Shown piece after piece: positions 1 to 12,798 of a stretch of DNA of 64,000 nt (its first letter is position 1; every line of letters begins with the position of its first letter). The DNA comes from Gordius albopunctatus. Taxonomy: Eukaryota. Made by a program: the position numbers and the translations under genes. The DNA lies in NCBI GenBank assembly GCA_964276515.1, contig OZ193909.1:6634001-6698000 (forward strand), read 5' to 3'. The notes under the pieces were generated by a model. The model did not search any database and was not told where the DNA came from. It was given only the letters and a program-made list of their open reading frames with translations.

Positions 1-124
1 ATATTCAACTCTTGTTTTCAATACTAGTAACTAAGGTAAAATATATTGCAAATTGTCAATTTACTCATAGAATTTACAATGATATAAATTATTTTTTTGA
101 TATATTGAATTTACTCTTTAAAAG

Positions 125-3100
125 ATTGGATGTGGTATTGTATTTGAAAGTGAACTTGGAAAATATGGGAAAAACAACTTTAATTGGCAATCTGAACTAT
201 GTTCAAATGCTCACTATCATTGGTCAAAAAATCAAGGGGGACTTAATTCTACTCTTCTTAAAACAGGTTAGTGTCTTATTTTTAATAATGAACAATTTAT
301 TTTGCAAAACCTTTAAAAATTATGTTCAAAAAATGCCAAATTTAAACTAATTATTTGATAACAAACATGGCATGCAATTTGTTATAAAATTTGATAGCAA
401 TCGGGATTGGGTATAGAAGTTATATTTAAATTTATAACATGTAATGGAATTATAGAGAAGGCAGAATGTTACGGATAAGCAAGACACTTTTTAATTGATG
501 ATTCACCTGTAAACTTTTCTAATTGTTGTAAAAACTTACATCACTGTTGAATTCCTATATTATTCTTCAATTTTTAAAATTGTTTGGTAATTGAAAATTG
601 AAGCAATAACATTGATTTAAAAAAATAAGTGTGGGACATAGCTTAACAAATTATATATGATATTAATGAAAATTTGGATATGGTAAATTTGCTTGCCTCA
701 TCTATTTTAGGGTCAGCTTGTGTTCCCTTAGAGGCATCTTCATAGCATCCTCAATAGATTATGTCATATGCATGTGTTATCAAAAATATAGACCTGCAAA
801 AAGCGTAAATAAGTGTTGAAAAATGTCAATTTTTAAAGGTTATATTTATTGATTGGTAAACCAGTGTAAAATGCATTATTGAATTTTTGTTATGAATTTC
901 AAATTTTTAGCCATAACTAATAAATGTTAATATCAAAGTTATTTAGAAATAAAATTATAATTATGCATTTATCTTTTTTGCTATGATAGTGACACTATTT
1001 TAATAACGATTCCTGGGTATTAATATGGAAAACTATTTAATGCATTTTTTAAAATTCTTATTCCATCATACTTAGTAAATTAAGTTATTGAAACCACACA
1101 ACAACGTTAAATCATTAATTACCTCCTACACAACTCGAACAGGAAAATTATCAATAAATTTTATTCAGAGTCACTCGTGTTTTTAGAGGCCTGTAGGGGG
1201 TTGAAAAAACTAGTGACTTTGAAGTTTTCTACGTGTCTCTAGTTATAGTCACTTGTGTCTCTAAGGGCTTGTCTTAATATCGGATTCAGATTCATATCGC
1301 GCGAATCTAACTTTGTCTAAATATCCGATTCAATTTTATCGTTCAAACTCGGTTGTAATTATAAATATTTTGTTTTTTGATAGTTAAAAACGTTTTTTTT
1401 GTTTATTTCAACTCTTGAGATTAAATCTAAACTTTACTGATACCTTAAAATTTAAAAACATACAAGATTTAAGCCTAGGAAAAGTTTTGCATCCTACAAA
1501 ATCGCTGTTATGTTATGCGTCTAAAAACGAAATCTCATGTAAATCGGATATTTAGACACGGCTATGTTAAAACACGTGTGACGATTTTTGCTGCGCGTTA
1601 AAATCCGATATTAAGACAAGCCCTAACATGCAATGTTAATGTGGATATTATTTCGCAATATTATCAACTTAACTATAAGCAACGATATGACGCGAAGTAT
1701 TAATATATAATGCGGGTAATGTGTATACTTGAGCATTTTTGTCGCGAACTAATACAATATAATGTTTTACAGGGTTTTTTAAATATTTTTTTAAATAAAT
1801 AAATAAATAAAATACTTGGAGGTGAATCTTGGTTGTAAGGACCAATTGCCTACTGCTACACTACACTTCATAAGTAAATACGGCAGAGAAACCTACTTAA
1901 GTATTATAAATGCACATCAAAAAAGATCGTAATTTAGGATGTTGGAAACAATGGTGTCTTCCCAACGAGCTCCAAAAACGGTGACAACATTAAATGCATA
2001 AAAATAAAAATAGAGAATTTTTTTATTTAAAGTTTGATGCGAATTTATCCCCCCCCCCGTGTGTGTGTGTGTGTTTTGACTTTTAAGCGAGAGATAAATA
2101 TTGATGTTTTAAAAATTTCGTCCAGAATCTTCCTGTCTCCTCCTCGGGTTTGTGGATTTTTTGTCCAAGCCTCGGTTGAAAGGAATTTTGTCGCATTTCA
2201 CAAAAGATTCTTCATCATACGAAATGACTGGATGCATCTTGACCCCATCCCGATTCAGCCAAAGCCCCTTGGTTTTAGAGAGCGGCGGGGAATACGTACC
2301 CTTTTCCCATCCGTTTGCCTACGATTTTGCCTACCCCCTGAGCTTTAATTACCAGTTCAAGCCTAAAGCTGGAGACGACCCAAATGAACCCGTTAGGAGC
2401 GGCAGTGCGATTAATTTTAACATCACATTTCGACTCAAATTTTGCTATTAACCCATTGGAGAATTCCTTAAGTTTCATATTTGTTTATTTGGTCGCCTTT
2501 GGTTTTAGTAGGCGACTAAACAGATCCACGATTTTTGTGGTCTATTTTTCAAAGTCGACCACTGGGCTTAGTCGAAATTCGAAAAATAGACCAGAGTAGA
2601 CCGTTAGTTTTAGCCTAACAAAGGGTCGGGCAAACAAATCCCAACCATTTTTACAACACTAGTCTATTAGCACAAATGAAATGAAAGATAGATTTCTTTT
2701 ACAACTATACCGAATGAGATATTGTTAAAGTACTGTGGTGGTAAGGAAGGATGTTTCATATATGTATATATTGCGAAACTCCTGAATCGTTGTTAACCAT
2801 TTAGTTACTACATAACTTAGTAATCGTTTTGGGCGGCATAACTACTATATCGTTATTTTATTTTAGAGGGCAAAAGAAAAAATTTCCTTTTCATGTGATA
2901 TCTAATTTTTACTCATAATTATATATTTAAAAATGGTATAAATGGGTGAAAACGTCTCTGTCTGTCATACATATTAGACTTACAGTATATCATATTTGTA
3001 TTATTGTACTATCTACTATGTTTGCACATTGTTATCCAGGTTCCAATAAGGTTTGCAACCCTTTGTTCACAAATTTAGTCTTGAGAATTCTCATTATGTA

Positions 3101-4507
3101 CATGCGGTTTATACTGGACCCCGGGCCTACCAAATTTAAGGCACACTGGGTCGAACCCGAAATGTACATGGAGCAAACTTTGAATGCCATTCAGTATGTT
3201 CCCCGCGATAAAACAACTCCATTGCCTGAATTAATCGATGCCAACGAAGAAATCGCCAAAGATGAACAGGGCATAAAGCCAGACGCTAGTAATGTCTCCT
3301 TCGTCGTTAATTTTTAATATATATTAGGACGAAGCTTGTGCTTGACTCGTTAAAAGTATATTTTATAAATTTAGTTAACATATTTAAGATGAATTTTGAG
3401 CGGAACTTATTATATAAACGATCAAAAGCTGTAATCATATTGCCCTTGCGTTTTATTGCATCTTATTTTTACGACCCACACTGGGTTTTGGCTAAATTAT
3501 TGTGGTTTCGTTTTGAAGCAATTCGTTACGAAGGTACCTTTGTCGTTAAGAGAAGTTTGAATAGATATCACTTTTTTACTATTTGTGTGTGCCTGTTTGC
3601 TAATTTTTATTATTTTATGTGCTTTTAGGCTGGAAATTTAAAAAGTGTTGCTATACTTTTCATATGCTAGCAAATATATTATCTATTTCGCCAAATTTTC
3701 CACATTGTATATTATTATAATTATTGTGTATATACCCTAGATGCCGATGTGAATCATATTAAGATCGAAGAAAATAAATATGGAAACAATCCTGAACTCG
3801 ACAAGCTAATCTACATGCCCAAGATGCCTCTTGATAGGGGGGATGAAGGTGCGGGCTATTACATTGAATCTCTAGCGAAAACTCCGATATCTCATTACTC
3901 ATCTCAGGGTGTTTATGCTTATTATTTCTTTTCTTCAATATAATAAATTCCGTTTTGAATTAGTAGTGGATTAAATAGCAATATTACATAATAAAAAATT
4001 GAAATTTTTAAGCCTAATTAAGAGCACTTGACACTGAAATATGAAATTTAATTAAGAATCTACGATAGCTGAGTTCTTTCAACACTAAATATGCTTTAGT
4101 ATTGAGAGCTCCTTATTAAGACTAACTTTTATTTAATAACCCAGGAAATGCTAATTGTCCCCATTGCAAATTTGACTTTACCTCGATGGAAAATGTATGG
4201 GGCCTTTGAATAACGTATCGGGTTGATTTTATTTCTCGAATCTTTTCTACATATTGTACATGCGCATTTAGGTAAGCAAGCTCAATTCGGGCCAGAGTCT
4301 GCTCTCGACTTGGACGTACACTATCTCAAGGCCAATTATTCGCTCATATTTGGAGGCTTGCTTTGTTTTTTGGCCTTTTGCCTTTATCGCCATTATCGGA
4401 GGAGTAAATGGATACACCGGGGTAAAGGTTCCATTTTAGCATTGGCGAAAAAGATATACGGCAACAGCAAGAACGCCCAAAGAAAATCTTGGACGCACGA
4501 TTACTGA
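125..4507 (+). CDS. 3' part of an unidentified single-pass (type I) membrane protein with a Cys-containing ectodomain; exons (125-266?), 711-804, 1822-1873, 2126-2391, 2692-2740, 3040-3288, 3741-3908, 4272-4507
   Basis: Exons 711-4507 join in phase through AG/GT boundaries into one ORF. It ends YSLIFGGLLCFLAFCLY (hydrophobic TM), RHYRRSKW (basic stop-transfer), ...SWTHDY*. The link from exon 125-266 (IGCGIVFESELG...) to 711 is not resolved and needs an extra small exon. Confidence 0.7.
1265..1623. mobile_element. PIF/Harbinger (Tourist-like) MITE
   Basis: TIR GGGCTTGTCTTAATATCGGAT...ATCCGATATTAAGACAAGCCC flanked by a TAA/TAA 3-bp TSD; second copy at 8537-8783. Confidence 0.85.
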
Positions 4508-5091
4508 TTTATTATTAGTTTATTATCGATAATTCGAGCTTTTAGCGTCGAGAAAAATGTATTACCTAAATTTATATTTTGTTATGCTCTAATTTATAGA
4601 TAATATGTACGATATCGTTTTTTATCGTTATTTATACTATGCAAACTCGATTGTATAACAACTTGAATATCATTCCATTTTTTAGAAGGTTTTATGATAT
4701 AAAATTTGTTATATCTTTTTACTCGGAATTATTATTATTGATTTTAGGTGTAGCCAACCAATAGCATTTATTATCGAACTATTATTGGCTTGTGTTTATT
4801 TATTATTTCAAATCCACTTTCTGATTACTTGTATCAGTTCTCATCCTATTAAATCTTACGAAGGAGTTTTATTGATTTTTTTAAATTTTAAATGTATTTT
4901 TTCCAAAAACGTTAATAGCTAAAAACTAGAGGAATATCTTATCATTTTTAACCTTCATCATTATTTGAAACTATAGACAATATAGACAAACTGGATCTTT
5001 TTCCAGTTTAAATCTGAGATAAATAGCCCCCCTTTTGAGTTAAATCAACCTTGAGATTGAAAAATGGATATTTTATTGTAATTTGATGCTC

Positions 5092-5098
5092 TATAAAT
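5092..5098 (+). promoter_or_regulatory. Candidate TATA box of the secreted peptide gene
   Basis: TATAAAT upstream of a first exon ending CAG|gtagtc at 5246; the motif is common in AT-rich DNA. Confidence 0.3.
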
Positions 5099-5203
5099 AA
5101 ATTCTACGTTTTTATTTTTGGCAATTTACGTATTTTGAACATCTTCATTATTGCCTATATTTGCTATGTCGTCGACATTTTATGTTATTATACGAAAGGA
5201 GGG

Positions 5204-7178
5204 ATGCCTTTTAATTTTATCACTAATGAAGCTTTTATTTACTCAGGTAGTCAAATAAATAGCTTGTCTTTGGCAACATAAAAATTTTTTTTAATTTCCT
5301 TATAATCGATTTTTAATCAGTCATGTTAGAAATATTAGTCATTACGCTTCTGTTACCAAACCTTCTGGTCAATTCGCAAAATGATATAGTAAGTCAAATA
5401 CGGTTATTTCTAATAAAGGCCTAGTAGTTTAAACGTTTCCCATTTTTTTACTTAAACTATTAAACAAATATCCGGGTTGGTAGAGCAAAAAAAGATATTA
5501 ATATAATTTTTTCAACATCTCTAAGATTATAGCTTTGAATTATAAAAACCACACTATGGCTAGGATTGCGCCATTCGAAAACTTATTTGGTTCGAAATAA
5601 TTTGATTCTAAACTGTTTAAATCTACTTTAAAGTATATTTGAATTAGTCGATGAAAAAACCTCCTTGTGGACAAAAGATACGGGCCTAACTTATTTTTTT
5701 TTAATTTGCGCCCTCATAAAATTCCAATTCATATATATTCCTATAATTATTAAATTTATCTATTAATATATCTTTATTGATTGTGTTGGAATAAAAATAT
5801 AATTAATGAACGTCGCTTAGGTTGTTAAACTTTTGGAAAATTAGTTAATGAGTTTTTCTCTGAACTTTAATAATATTGTCGCGAAATTGGAAATTGCTAA
5901 TATATCAAGTATCGATGGATTTAAAAACCTGTTTTCCCCTATTATTGTTAGTAATAATGAGAAAGCGTTTCTACGCCTATAAATACGTAAAAATTGTTAT
6001 AATAATATTAAATGTAGCTAAAGTATTTAATTAAGCAAGGAACATTCTCTTACAAACCTTTTTAAAGCATGTCTCCCTGATCGTCTTAATATGATACCCA
6101 TACATTTAGGTATGGTTTATGAACAATTTGGCGTATTGGGTAAAACTGTGTAACCGGTCGGTTCTAAATAAATATTTCAATTAGACACGTGGCACAACTA
6201 AGATTATGTAAAATTTAATTGAAAATTTTTAATATTTAGTTTGGTTTAATGTATCATTACATCGAAATTTATTAATGATCGATGTTAGGATATAAATATA
6301 AAATTCAAAACACTAATTTGATAACGATGTAACCTTAGTAAAACTATCTATAAATATATTACTCTACATTTAACAATGTGAAGTCAGATCCAACATGACT
6401 TTTGTGCTGCCTTGTAAATATTTAAACCATCATGGTAAATGCTACAAGATTTTTTTCGGAAAAATTACATTTTTATAAATTTTGTTATTGATATTTAGTT
6501 ACGTAATTAGCTAAGGCCTTTTTAAAGACATTTTGATTTGATTAGTATAATGATTCATTTCCAACATATGCAAGAAAGGTTTAAAGAAAAGAAATTTATT
6601 GTAATAAAGTTTTAGGCCGCTTTTCCCGTTAGTTGTGGCGAAAAGGTGCCATACAAATTCTTATAATTTGATTTTTGAACCAAATTTTTTTGCCATTTAA
6701 ATGGAATGGAGATTGTTATGTCAATGTCGAATATCGACAGAAAAATCATTTTTTTGAATATTAAGGTTATTTGATCGGATTTTAAATCTTAATTTGACGG
6801 ATTTAATATTTTTAAATCGCTATAATTCTGTTGTGGTCGCTTTATTAATTCTTATAATGGCTATTGTAAAACTTGATTAAATTAATGAGAAAAGTTACAT
6901 TTTAATGTTGAATAAATTGTCATTAAATAAAATGTTAGAAACCAAACTTGCCACCAATTACATTACAAAGGATGGCAGATGAGTATTGCCCCGTCCCAGC
7001 CACTTCTGTTCCAGGATGTTCTGCATGTACTAATATAGTAGAATGCAGTAATGGAGCTGTAAGAGTGCTTTGTTCCCAAAGGAGTTGCTGGAATTGGTGT
7101 GAAGGTGTCTTTATTAATGCTGATAATGGTCAGCCTGTAATATGCAGAAAAAGAATTCCTCCAAACTTTGCTGGATAA
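5204..7178 (+). CDS. Small secreted cysteine-rich peptide (8 Cys), about 102-117 aa; exons 5204-5246, 5321-5388, 6939-7178 (alternative start ATG 5323)
   Basis: MLEILVITLLLPNLLVNS-QNDI (signal-peptide-like) splices in phase 0 (ATA|gtaagt ... ttag|AAA) to KPNLPPITLQRMADEYCPVPATSVPGCSACTNIVECSNGAVRVLCSQRSCWNWCEGVFINADNGQPVICRKRIPPNFAG*. AATAAA at 7254. Confidence 0.75.
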
Positions 7179-7539
7179 TTGAGTTTTATCTTTCATACTA
7201 CATATGTTTCTCATCATATAAAATCATCAAATTATTAGTTTCAAATTACTAAGAATAAATCATCGTACAAAATTTCATGTGTATTATTTAAAAAACGCCA
7301 AAATAAGAGGTAAAAATGTATAATTCTAGAGAAATCTTAAAAATATCTTATTGTTGTGTGAATTGAACTCCTTTTAATATTCTATGAATAATAAAAATTG
7401 TCAAATACTTTTAATAATTTTTAAGGTCCTCAATTTCAAGCCCTTCGCCAAGGGGAGGTGGAAACTAGAGACAAATAGATACGCATTACGTCATGAGGTT
7501 GAGTTTGATTGACATTTTATTAAACGTCAAAACGTATAA

Positions 7540-7702
7540 AACTAAATAACTTGACCGTATTATGACTTAGAGATTTGGAATATAGTTCAAAAACCTAGGC
7601 TCAGACCTACCAAATATTCGCAGAAATTTCCATCTAAATCGGTCCAGCCGTTTCGGAGGAGTTGAGGACCAAACACCGTGACACGAGAATTTTATATATA
7701 TA
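7540..7702 (+). mobile_element. Possible non-autonomous Helitron-like repeat fragment
   Basis: AAATCGGTCCAGCCGTTTCGGAGGAGTT...GTGACACGAGAATTTTATATATATAG resembles, from memory, the ends of common invertebrate non-autonomous Helitron-type repeats; not verified. Confidence 0.3.
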
Positions 7703-7744
7703 GGGCCTATGCCTCTACTGATATGGGTTCCTGTGCCCCCCCCC

Positions 7745-7830
7745 TTACAAAAGCCTATGCCTCTACTAATGTGGGTTCGAATCCCGGCGAGGGCAAATTT
7801 TTAATTGCTGGTTCGATACCCGGAAAGGAA
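7745..7830 (+). repeat. tRNA-derived (B-box) repeat fragment, SINE-like
   Basis: GTGGGTTCGAATCCCGGCGAGGGCA plus a second GGTTCGATACCC; a homologous copy lies on the minus strand at about 24922-24995. No complete cloverleaf. Confidence 0.45.
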
Positions 7831-8536
7831 AATTTTTTTAATTAAATGGAAAATTTGTATAAATAATAAACTAATCAATTTACATTTTACACCCCCCTAA
7901 CCCTATAGACATTCTCGCCCCTTCCCACCTTTCTCGCCCATAAATTGCATAGCAAATATGCTACTTTTATACGGAGTATAGATGAGTTCCGTTCCCCCTT
8001 TCCCACGAGGGCCGAAGACCCGAGTTTTATCTATCAATTATCGCTGTTTACGAGACTAAGGTTTTATTGACTAGGAAATGCGCAAAATCGTCCAAAAGGG
8101 TTAAGAATTCTTACATTTTTGACAATATTTTTCATTTTGATATTGTTTATTTTTACAGATTTATATTATTCATTTAATGATATAGGTTAGTTTTTGGATA
8201 GAATTTAAAATTCTCTGAAATCAATTACATTTATATATCTCCTAAAAAGGAAATAAACCCCCATCTTTTTTGCAAAATTAACATTTCCATATGCCAAAAT
8301 TCTGATGTTTATAAATTTTGTATTTTATTATAATATTTTATTTAAAATTTAAATTAAAAAATTCTTTTTTGCCAAATTTTATTTGTTTTATTAAAATAAT
8401 TAAAATAAGATTGACCCTACCCTAAAATCAATCATAGGCACATTTTTAAACCCCATCCGACCTAACTTAAGAGCGTTTCAAAAGTTTTTACCCTAATCCG
8501 ACCGACTCAGAGTCGTTTCTAAACTTTTAACTCTAA

Positions 8537-8783
8537 GGGCTTGTATTAATATCGTATTCAGATTCAAATGGCGCCAATTTATCTTTATCAAATATCCGAT
8601 TCAATTTCATGTGTCAAAGTCGGTTGTAATTATTAATATTTTGTTTTTTGATAGTTAAAAACGTTTTTTTGTTTATTTCAACTCTTGAGATTAATCGCTG
8701 ATATATTATGCGTCTGAAATGTAAATCTGCTACCCGTACAGCAATTTTTGCTCCGCAGCAAAATCCGATATTAAGACAAGCCC
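8537..8783. mobile_element. PIF/Harbinger MITE, internally deleted copy of 1265-1623
   Basis: Near-identical TIRs, TAA TSD on both sides and shared internal sequence; 247 bp versus 359 bp. Confidence 0.85.
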
Positions 8784-9512
8784 TAAATCGGACATGATGG
8801 TTTTTTCCAATTTTCAACACTGACCTTAACCGAATTGAAGCCAACAAAAATTTGTACAAAAAAAAGTCACAAAAAATTAAGAATTAAGTGAGATCCCAAA
8901 AAAAGACAAAATGCTTGATCTTATTTTCAGCCCAAAAATATTGTTTGCAGGGAACATGTATATTTCAAGCTAAGATACGACTCTTGTTAGTGTTGCTCTG
9001 ATAGAAAAATTAATTACCCTAATTTGAGATTTAATTTAAGATAAAAATCTACTAATTTTAAGACTATTAATACAAACCAGTGCGCGTTAAAAAAGGAAAG
9101 TAAATGTTTAAAAACTATCTAAACTTTTAAAATATAAGAGGAAGTTGAAAATGCAAGCCAAATTTTAGGAAAAAGACAATTTATAATTTAATTTTTATAA
9201 GCGCTTAACATTCTTTTTTAAAACTTTCGTATTTATAAAAATACGCTTTAAAATATTTATTTAATTTCTAGCTAAATCTATTTATTTTCTAGAACTACCG
9301 CGAATATTAATTAGTTTTATTTTTCGTACTACTACATCTTTCACATAAATTTATTCAACTTCAAAATTTATTATCTCTCTATTATTTCCACTAACAATTC
9401 GTTTTATAGTAGTAACAATAATAATGATGGATGAGGTAATCAGATTAGGCGTAAATAACGATAACGCACAAATAATAATAAACAGCGAAGTGGTAACAAT
9501 AATGATAAATAG

Positions 9513-9715
9513 TAGAGTTGTTAAATTGCTAACTTTCTTCAATTCCAGCTATCATCTGCTCGAGTTTCTGCTCGGCCCTTGAGCATTTTTATATGCTACT
9601 GTTCTGCCTTTAGCACCGAACAGCGAGCTCATATTGTGCTAACGCCTATATTAAGCAACTCAGTGTGAGTGCTCGCGTCTGGAGTTTGAAGAAAGTTAGC
9701 AATTTAACAACTCTA
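9513..9715. mobile_element. hAT-type MITE (TAGAGTTGTTAAATTGCTAAC TIR family)
   Basis: TIR TAGAGTTGTTAAATTGCTAACTTTCTTCAA and its reverse complement, with a perfect 8-bp TSD ATAAATAG. Confidence 0.9.
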
Positions 9716-10889
9716 ATAAATAGCGAAGATAGCAATAAACTAACAAATAGCGAAATTAACAATCAACGTGATTCTACAATCTATTAATAAACGCGTGGCC
9801 TTGAAAAGCCAAACGAGATCATAAAATCCAAATTTTATGGGTGAAGTAATAAAATTATTAAAAACTTGGCTTAATGTCACAAAAACTTAATTTAGATTTC
9901 TTGTTTTGAGAAATTTCGAGCGTTAATATAGAGGCGCTTTAAAATAAAAGCAATAATGCTCAAAGCAAATATAATTTTACAAAGCGGTTTGCACGCTTCC
10001 TTCATGCATGCTTTATTTTTAAACATACTTTAAAATATCTTTTCCTTCGAAACTAAGTGTGCTAAGCTAACTCTACAGTAGAGATTGATGATAAAATTCG
10101 ACTAAAAATTAATAGCTCTCACGGTTTAATAAATTGATTTTTAAAGCCAACTTTAAGATAATAATGTAGTTGGAATTTAATATGCAAATGTATTTGGCAT
10201 CTGCAAAGTTAAATTTATATGAATCCGGCTTGTGAAGGCCTATAAATGTCGGGCATAGATAGGCCTTCTTTTAAATTAAGGGCTGGGTTGATTGGGCTTT
10301 AATGTAACCAAACGATGGGCCTAACTGCGGCCAGCCAAAATATTTAAAAATGTTTTAATTTTTGTATTTTAATATATAAACACGGTGTGTCTTTATAATG
10401 TTTCTCATTTTTGAAATTATTTATTTTTTGCCCCAATGATTTAATCAATAATAATTTTTCCTCATCATTTCTTATAAAATTTGCAATTTATAAATGAATA
10501 TTTTTTTTATTTTTTATTAAGTTTCAAATGTTTAAAACTGCTGCTATACACCATAAGAATATTAACCAACCTCTATCACCAAATTTCAAAATGTTCAGGC
10601 ACCAAATTTCTTTCTAATTCCAACAATAATATTTTATTCCAAATTTTTTTACAATCATCTTCTTTTCGTATTGCTCAAAATTTTTATAATAATGATTCAT
10701 ACAAAAACGGATAGTAGTCATGATCATTATCGTGCGTGTTATAAAAAACATATTTTTATGAAACGACGATGATTAACACAAATAGCAGGAAGAGGATGAA
10801 TTTACAGCTATAAAAATAAATCAGCATGAATATGCTTTAATAAGGTAGAAAATTACCGAAACAACTAGACAGTTTTGTTAAATAAAAAA

Positions 10890-11920
10890 TGTTTGCTAGA
10901 GTTTCCAATTATATTTTTCATAAATGGTTTTAAACAACTACAAGAGCTACTAGTGAAAGTCAAAGGGGTCGCTCACTGAAAAAAAAATCGTTCGAGACTA
11001 ATGATTTTTTAACATGATTGTAATAACCCGTTGTGATAACCTTTTATTAGAACCAATTATTGTATAAATAATATTGGCGTAATGGGTGTTATAATCTCGA
11101 CGAATCAATTAGTAAGCAGTTAATAATAAAATATAAGTCTGTGAATGGCCGCGAATAATTATCCGTGAGTTTAATCGTCTACGAATCTAGCGGAGGTATG
11201 GGACCGTAGGGCTCTCGGAACTTGATCGTTGATCACCGTTACTGCTCCGAGAAACGAGAAATATATATATTAACATGCAGTGTAACATCCAGCCTTATAT
11301 CACAGTCTATGCGCCTCTCAATTTGCATGAGGGGCGCCGACCGCTCGACGCCTGCCCCTAATAGTGCACGTCTATTCACATACCCAAAATACATTCCATT
11401 TTATCCACACCCAATTATTCTCCCTACTAGTGGTCACGATACCACGAGCTATCTAATTAGCGTAGGCGCGTGAACCCTAAACTCATTTGAATATACAACC
11501 ACAACAATGATCAATGTTACATTTTTAATATATTAATAAATTAGTTAATATATTCACAAAAATATTGCATTAAAACAGCTATATATAAGAATTTTTTATA
11601 AAAAAGGACAGGCAAGGCCCGTGGTTTCCAAAAAATTAACTGGCCCGACTCGGGCCTATAATTTAATCTTAAGGCTCGCCGACTGGGGTTTAAAATTTTG
11701 GTAATAGTGGGCCGATTAAACATTATAGGCCAGTGCCTATCTCAAGTTCAAGAATTGGCCCTGATTGGCATATTTCAAAAAATCAAGAGCTCTTTGCAAA
11801 TTGTGTCCTTGGAAGATAGACCACATGCAAAACTGGGTCATAAAATTTAAATAATTTAATTCTTAGTGTTTTTTTAAGTACAAACATAATATTGAAGATT
11901 TTATTAACGCATTTATCCTC
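10890..11920 (+). repeat. Diverged direct repeat, partner of 25113-25570
   Basis: Collinear shared blocks: AGAGTTTCCAATTA, TAATGATTTTTTAACAT, GTGCCTATCT, GAGCTCTTTGCAAATTG. Confidence 0.65.
11029..11506. mobile_element. Possible solo LTR inserted into the repeat above
   Basis: Absent from the 25113-25570 copy, bounded by (C)GTTGTG...CACAACA and more GC-rich than its flanks; no TSD found. Confidence 0.35.
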
Positions 11921-12004
11921 ATACTAATATATTCTCCAAATATTAATAATAGCCACTAATATATCTTCCAGAAATATTAATAATAGGATTTGTTTATTTA
12001 TTTC

Positions 12005-12430
12005 AGCGACGCGACGGAAAAATACGACGGAAATATAGGCGATAACATGCATACGCACGCCCGCGATAAAAATTTCTTGTTTCTATAAAATTTACATTTT
12101 CCCTTTTTTATTTAATTAAAAATCAACGAGGGATCGCGAGGTAATATAATAATAATAATCGCTAAATCATGGTAATAAAAAAGAACTCTGCGTGAGCGCG
12201 AGTTAAAAATAATAAACATTAAATCAGGATAATTAAAAACGATAAAGATGGGCAATAATAAACGTATCTAGTTTTATCATAGATATACTAACAAATATGA
12301 TTATCATAAACGGAACGCGTATAAGTGTATGTGGGGGGGGGGGGTAAATGAATATATAAATTTTTGGATAGCGGACACCACAAACGTAACAAAGTTAAAA
12401 CTGTTATCCCTTGGGCAATCCTGATCTAGG
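12005..12430 (+). promoter_or_regulatory. CpG-enriched putative promoter and 5'-UTR exons of Myb
   Basis: Local CpG cluster (CGACGCGACGG, CGCACGCCCGCG, GCGTGAGCGCG) and donor-like sites at 12141 and 12431 upstream of the start exon. Confidence 0.4.
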
Positions 12431-12798
12431 TCACTGATGTATATAATAGTAATAAATTTTCCTTAATAGTAGTATTTAGGAAAACATTTACACTAATGCC
12501 ACAACTAATTTGATACTCTTATGCATATGTATTACTCTCAAATTTATCGTAATTGTTAAGAAAATATATGAATAATAACTTCAAATTTACTCCAGTTTTA
12601 TGTGCTATAAAGAAGCATATTGCTAACCGTTGTATATATCAAATTACCTATTTCGGTATTTTATGAACATTTGGTTTTGAAAATGTTCTTTTCTATGTGT
12701 ACCTGTAAACATATATCCCGCGTTTTTCGAATAACAAAAAGAAAATACTGAAATCTCACCATATGGTGTTAATATTCATTTAAGACTTTTGAATCTAC

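Noticed and set aside
6388..6413. Middle exon of the secreted peptide (IQHDFCAA)
   Set aside because: It ends in phase 2, which is incompatible with the phase-0 Cys-rich exon at 6939.
7770..7830. tRNA gene
   Set aside because: Only T-arm/B-box-like pieces, with no A-box, D-arm or acceptor stem; repeated elsewhere as a dispersed fragment.
8450..8536. Two to three degenerate tandem units of about 40 bp; also a 23-bp duplication near 26547-26591
   Set aside because: Ordinary minisatellite-like repeats with no spacers; nothing CRISPR-like.
9351..11723. Short hydrophobic ORFs from the ORF track
   Set aside because: Low-complexity AT-rich or repeat-derived frames without splice support or recognisable motifs.
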